A stretch of DNA of 22,919 nt from NCBI GenBank assembly GCA_040386535.1, contig JAZKFH010000065.1, positions 53,206 to 76,124 on the forward strand, written 5' to 3'. This document shows positions 19,403 through 22,919 of this stretch, piece by piece. The notes beneath the pieces were generated by a model, which saw only the letters and a list, made by a program, of their open reading frames with translations, was not told the origin of the DNA and made no database searches. Both the position numbers and the translations under genes were made by a program. Source of the stretch: Myxococcota bacterium. Lineage in GTDB: Bacteria; Myxococcota_A; UBA796; SXON01. The first letter of the stretch is position 1; every line of letters starts with the position of its first letter.

Positions 19403-20605
19403 ATGACAGCCTGGATAGCGCGCGCCCTCGACGAGATGGAGGCTTGGCTGGCCTCTGACGCAGCCTTGCGCGCGGCCCTCTCATATCAAAACCACTACTT
19501 GGCGCGCTATCTACGCCTTAAGGCCGAGGGGGTAGATGAGCGCTCGCTCGCCCCCCCGCGAGGCAACGCTCGCGGGCGATTCTACGAGGGAATGGTCGTG
19601 GCCGGTCTCTCACGGGCCGTGCGCTCGGACGCGTCCGCGGGAGTGGAGTTTGCGTGCGCCGGCGGTTCCGCGAACCTCGGCGGGGGCGCCCTATCCCGTG
19701 ACGAGAAGGGTGACGTGGTGCTCGCCTCGCCGTCATACCGGGGCGGTCCGAGTGTCCTCCGCGCCGAGTTCGACGCCCTCGCCTGGCATCCCGTGGAAGG
19801 GCCGGTTCTCATCGAGCTGACCGCGTCGTCGGGGAACCTTCCCGATCTCGTGTCCGACCTGTGGCGGAAGCAACTTGTAGCGATGCGCGCGTTCGCCCTC
19901 GCGGCGCCGCCGCGCGTCGTCCTGGTCAGCCCGCACGCGCTCTCCTCGGTGCAGGCCCGGGTCGCCCGCCTCGTCGTGCGCCCGCTTCCGTTTCCGGAGG
20001 CGCTTTGGAACATCGCCGTAGAGACGGCCGGGCGGAGGGAGCTTGCCGGAGCGCTGGCCGAGCGGGCGGGGCCGGTGCTCCGCGGCGCGCGCGACCCCGA
20101 CTACCCCACCCTGGTCGAGGAGTTGGCCGGCGCGTTCGTGAAGGCGGTGGAGGGGGCCGACGTTTTGGGCTTCTGCGCGGCGCGTCGGGACGAGATAGCG
20201 ATGGCGCGGCGTATCTACGTGGGCGCGCTCGGCTGTGCTTCGCAGGAGGAGGTCGCCACCCTCCTGTCGGAACTCTCGGGGGGCCGCGAAGCCGACACCC
20301 TACAGCGGGCGGCGCGCGGCAGCGCTACGGTACATTTGACTCTCCGCTTAGACGCCTATCATCAGCCGATCCGCCCCATTGTCCACGTCCTCACGCGCGC
20401 ATCGGGGCCGCCGGGCGAACTGCGGGTCCACCCGGGGCGGCGCATCGAGCGAATCACGGACTTCCACAAGGCCGCCGCGTTCCGGAGTGAAGTAGCGCCA
20501 CACGGAGGGCGGGTGCTGAGCGCGGTGTTCATCAGCGCGGCGGTGGCGGCTTGCACGGGCAGCAGGGTGTTCGAGCCGAGCATTCGTCGGGATACGACGT
20601 TGTGA
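19403..20605 (+). CDS. Putative PD-(D/E)xK restriction-endonuclease-fold protein (400 aa)
   Basis: GGAGG-rich RBS before MTAWIAR; motif order GRFYEG...AEFDALAW...VLIELTAS fits the fold; C-terminal half unrecognised. Confidence 0.55.
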   Translation: MTAWIARALDEMEAWLASDAALRAALSYQNHYLARYLRLKAEGVDERSLAPPRGNARGRFYEGMVVAGLSRAVRSDASAGVEFACAGGSANLGGGALSRDEKGDVVLASPSYRGGPSVLRAEFDALAWHPVEGPVLIELTASSGNLPDLVSDLWRKQLVAMRAFALAAPPRVVLVSPHALSSVQARVARLVVRPLPFPEALWNIAVETAGRRELAGALAERAGPVLRGARDPDYPTLVEELAGAFVKAVEGADVLGFCAARRDEIAMARRIYVGALGCASQEEVATLLSELSGGREADTLQRAARGSATVHLTLRLDAYHQPIRPIVHVLTRASGPPGELRVHPGRRIERITDFHKAAAFRSEVAPHGGRVLSAVFISAAVAACTGSRVFEPSIRRDTTL

Positions 20606-20870
20606 GCGATAACGGCACGGGAATTGAACACTCGATAGGCCGCTAAGCCTGTCGGAACGCTCGTCGGGCGATGGGGCTCGTCCGCAAGTTCACGCTCCTC
20701 CCGTCTCTCCGCCCAAGTGCGACGACGGTGGGGAAGATTAGGGCCCTCCTCCACGGGTGCCGAAGGGGGCGGACCTGGGATCGGCGCGCTCACCGTCGCG
20801 CGGCTGTGCCCTTGCATGCGCCGAAGATGGCGCGGGGGCTCTCTGCATGATTCCGGGTTAGACGACCCAC

Positions 20871-21174
20871 ATGACTCCGGATCAATTTGCACAGATGACG
20901 CAGCGGGTCGTTGCCCGAGACGGCTAACGGTCGTTTCCTACCCACCGCCTGCTACCCGGTGCGCCGAGCGGTTGCTGTCTTGGAGGGCATGCCGAGTGGC
21001 GTGAACATAGAGGCGGAGACGGTTGCTTGGGCAGCCCGTCGGGCTGAAGTAGGCGAGGAATTCCTTGTGGCCTTCAAGTACGATGACGCACACTTTAAGG
21101 TAGTTCGCGTTGCGGGCGAGGATGTTCAAAGCGGCATCTACCCGGCTGTGGGAAAGGTTCAGGGTCCGAGGTGA
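20871..21174 (+). pseudogene. Frameshifted ~100-aa hypothetical gene preceded by a GTTAGAC core-site-like heptamer
   Basis: MTPDQFAQMTQRVVARDG stops at TAA 20925-20927. Removing one A gives DGYGRFLPTACYP..., continuous with ORF 20911..21174. Confidence 0.6.
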
Positions 21175-21190
21175 CCCACCGAGGAGGATC

Positions 21191-21280
21191 CGTCGTTCCG
21201 GCACAGAACTGCTTGGTATGCCGTTCCCTGTCCGCAACTTCGTAGACGCTTCACGGGAGATGGCGTCCTGTCGAATAACG
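21191..21280 (+). repeat. Dispersed structured repeat, copy 2
   Basis: 21206-21273 aligns ungapped to 19205-19272 (51/68 identical by manual count). Confidence 0.85.
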
Positions 21281-21506
21281 CGAAGACGATTGCCGACGTG
21301 CCAAGCGGCGTCCTCGCCGCCGGTGCCCGCGGTCCGCCGCGGGCAGGCATGTGTCCGGCGCCTCGCCGGACACAGCCGCTCCGCGCGTCTCGCGGCACAT
21401 CGGCCAGTTCTCCGACGTGACGACGGCCCGAGACGGTGGAGTAGGCGCACAGGTCATACACCAAAGGATGGGAGATGCGCTAGCAGAAAGACGCTCGCGG
21501 GAGGTT

Positions 21507-22835
21507 CTAAAGCGGTCTGCCTCTCTTGATGAGTTCAATGATCTCGCGGGCGAACGCGGTCCCGCCAGCATTGAATGGTGCGGACGCAAGGACCACGTGG
21601 GTGGCGATGTTTCCCTTGTTGGCAGAGATTCGCCCGGCCAGAACCCGCCGCTCCTTCGCGCTCAGGCGCTCGTCCGGTTCGAACCGGGCCGTTCCGGCAA
21701 CCACAACGTCGAAGGCGTCACCGTCGTGGATGGCCACGGAAGGGTAACGGAGGGCCTTGCCCCCCAGGGACTTCGGAGCACAGGCCCGCACAGCATCCAG
21801 GAGTATTTCAGGCCGCACAAGATTCTCAATCTCACGGCCGTGCGTCACGACAACAGGCGGGCCACCAGGGAGGCTCTGGCCTTCTGCTAGCAGGCGTCTC
21901 ACGTGCACCTTTAGCTGCTCCCCGAAGGCCACGTCTCGGTCGCAGATCACAATCGGGTTTGGCGACAGGAAGAAAAGCGACACCAGCCTCTCGGTGTCCT
22001 CGCCGAGCGACATGTGGGCCACGCCAGCGGACCCGCCGTAGATCGCAAAGGCATAGTCACGGCCTTCAACGAGGGGAGGCAAGGAATCAGCTCCGCAGGT
22101 CTCGCTGAGCAGGCGCCTGAGGTACACGCAGTCAGAGGGCCCCTCGACCCAGACAATCGCGTTCGCGAGGAAGAGCTGTGAGGGTCTAATCCCCAGATCG
22201 GCCAGCAGACCACGTCGATCGGAAGAGTGCGACAGAGGTGCGACCCGCGTGCGTCCGCTACTAAGGTCAAGCCGAAACATTCTCCAGTCGGAGTCAGCAG
22301 CATCCACGAGGGCGGTGGAATGCGTGGTGACCAGGAGTTGGTGTCGCGGTAAGTGCTTGACTACCAAGCGCATGAACTCCGCCGCTGCCGCCGGATGAAG
22401 ATGCGCCTCCGGTTCCTCGAGGAGGACCGTCATAGCCATGCCGGAGCGCTGCCAATAGTGGAGCGCGAAGAGGAGCATTAGCATCTCGGCGACGCCGGTT
22501 CCGAGGTCATCCAAGTTCAGGGTAAGCGGCCTTTCGCCTCGCGTAAACTCTAATCTGATGCCGGACGGGAGCGGCTCCAATCGAACGGGCCCAGGCTCGT
22601 TTAGCAACGATTGAATCCAGGCCTGGAGCTGGAACGCGACGGGCTTCCATTCCAGAGCCGCACAAGTTGAGTTGTACAGAGCCCACATATTGGATAGCGC
22701 TAGACCCCCGTCAAAAACCGCTTCCGCGTTCTCGGTGCCGCCTGGGCGAGAGTGGTTTCGAAGGGCCTGGATGTATTTGACCCGAGTACTCAGGGCCTCA
22801 CAAATTTTGGCCATCTGGCTAACGATCTCGTCCAT
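21507..22835 (-). CDS. OLD-family-like ATP-dependent nuclease (ABC ATPase C-half + TOPRIM); N-terminus apparently missing
   Basis: Signature LGTG, Walker B/D-loop LLEEPEAHLHP, H-loop VTTHS, TOPRIM IVWVEGPSD and ICDRD, REIEN. No Walker A in the ORF. Confidence 0.85.
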   Translation of the reverse strand: MDEIVSQMAKICEALSTRVKYIQALRNHSRPGGTENAEAVFDGGLALSNMWALYNSTCAALEWKPVAFQLQAWIQSLLNEPGPVRLEPLPSGIRLEFTRGERPLTLNLDDLGTGVAEMLMLLFALHYWQRSGMAMTVLLEEPEAHLHPAAAAEFMRLVVKHLPRHQLLVTTHSTALVDAADSDWRMFRLDLSSGRTRVAPLSHSSDRRGLLADLGIRPSQLFLANAIVWVEGPSDCVYLRRLLSETCGADSLPPLVEGRDYAFAIYGGSAGVAHMSLGEDTERLVSLFFLSPNPIVICDRDVAFGEQLKVHVRRLLAEGQSLPGGPPVVVTHGREIENLVRPEILLDAVRACAPKSLGGKALRYPSVAIHDGDAFDVVVAGTARFEPDERLSAKERRVLAGRISANKGNIATHVVLASAPFNAGGTAFAREIIELIKRGRPL

Positions 22836-22919
22836 GTTCTTCTGCGGGAAGGATTGGATCGGTTGATACTACCCCGGCGGTCAAACAGTGTCCTCGTCAG
22901 GCGGCATAGCGCACATGCC

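Noticed and set aside
20800..20863. Intact attC upstream of GTTAGAC
   Set aside because: Only a weak CATGC/GCATG symmetry is present, with no inverse core site.
21507..22835. Complete Gabija or PARIS system
   Set aside because: No UvrD-like helicase or other partner is visible; the upstream context is outside the window.

Overview
High-GC bacterial chromosomal window; the gene content (DADGD Ig-like lipoprotein, DUF1501 cluster, GC-rich intergenic tandem repeats) suggests Myxococcota or related deltaproteobacteria, which is an inference. Left to right: a WYL-domain regulator coupled to an unknown gene, facing a small membrane-protein gene across a palindromic site; an exported hypothetical; leuS; a stand-alone nitrilase-fold protein; two small genes including a VF530/DUF2132 protein; mtnA; a coupled four-gene exported operon (lipoprotein, CxxCH DUF1585/1588-like lipoprotein, Tat-exported DUF1501 protein, small cytochrome c); and a 938-aa lipoprotein with seven Ig-like repeats and a beta-propeller tip. 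From about 17.9 kb there is an accessory, defence-like region: a Phd/YefM-VapC toxin-antitoxin pair, a 43-bp tandem array, a divergent PD-(D/E)xK-like nuclease, a frameshifted ORF behind a GTTAGAC integron-type core site, and an OLD-type ATPase-TOPRIM ORF lacking Walker A. The most unusual signal is a pair of about 90-bp structured direct repeats (19195-19280 and 21191-21280) bracketing about 2 kb of cargo. Most long ORFs in the supplied track are antisense or GC-rich artefacts.
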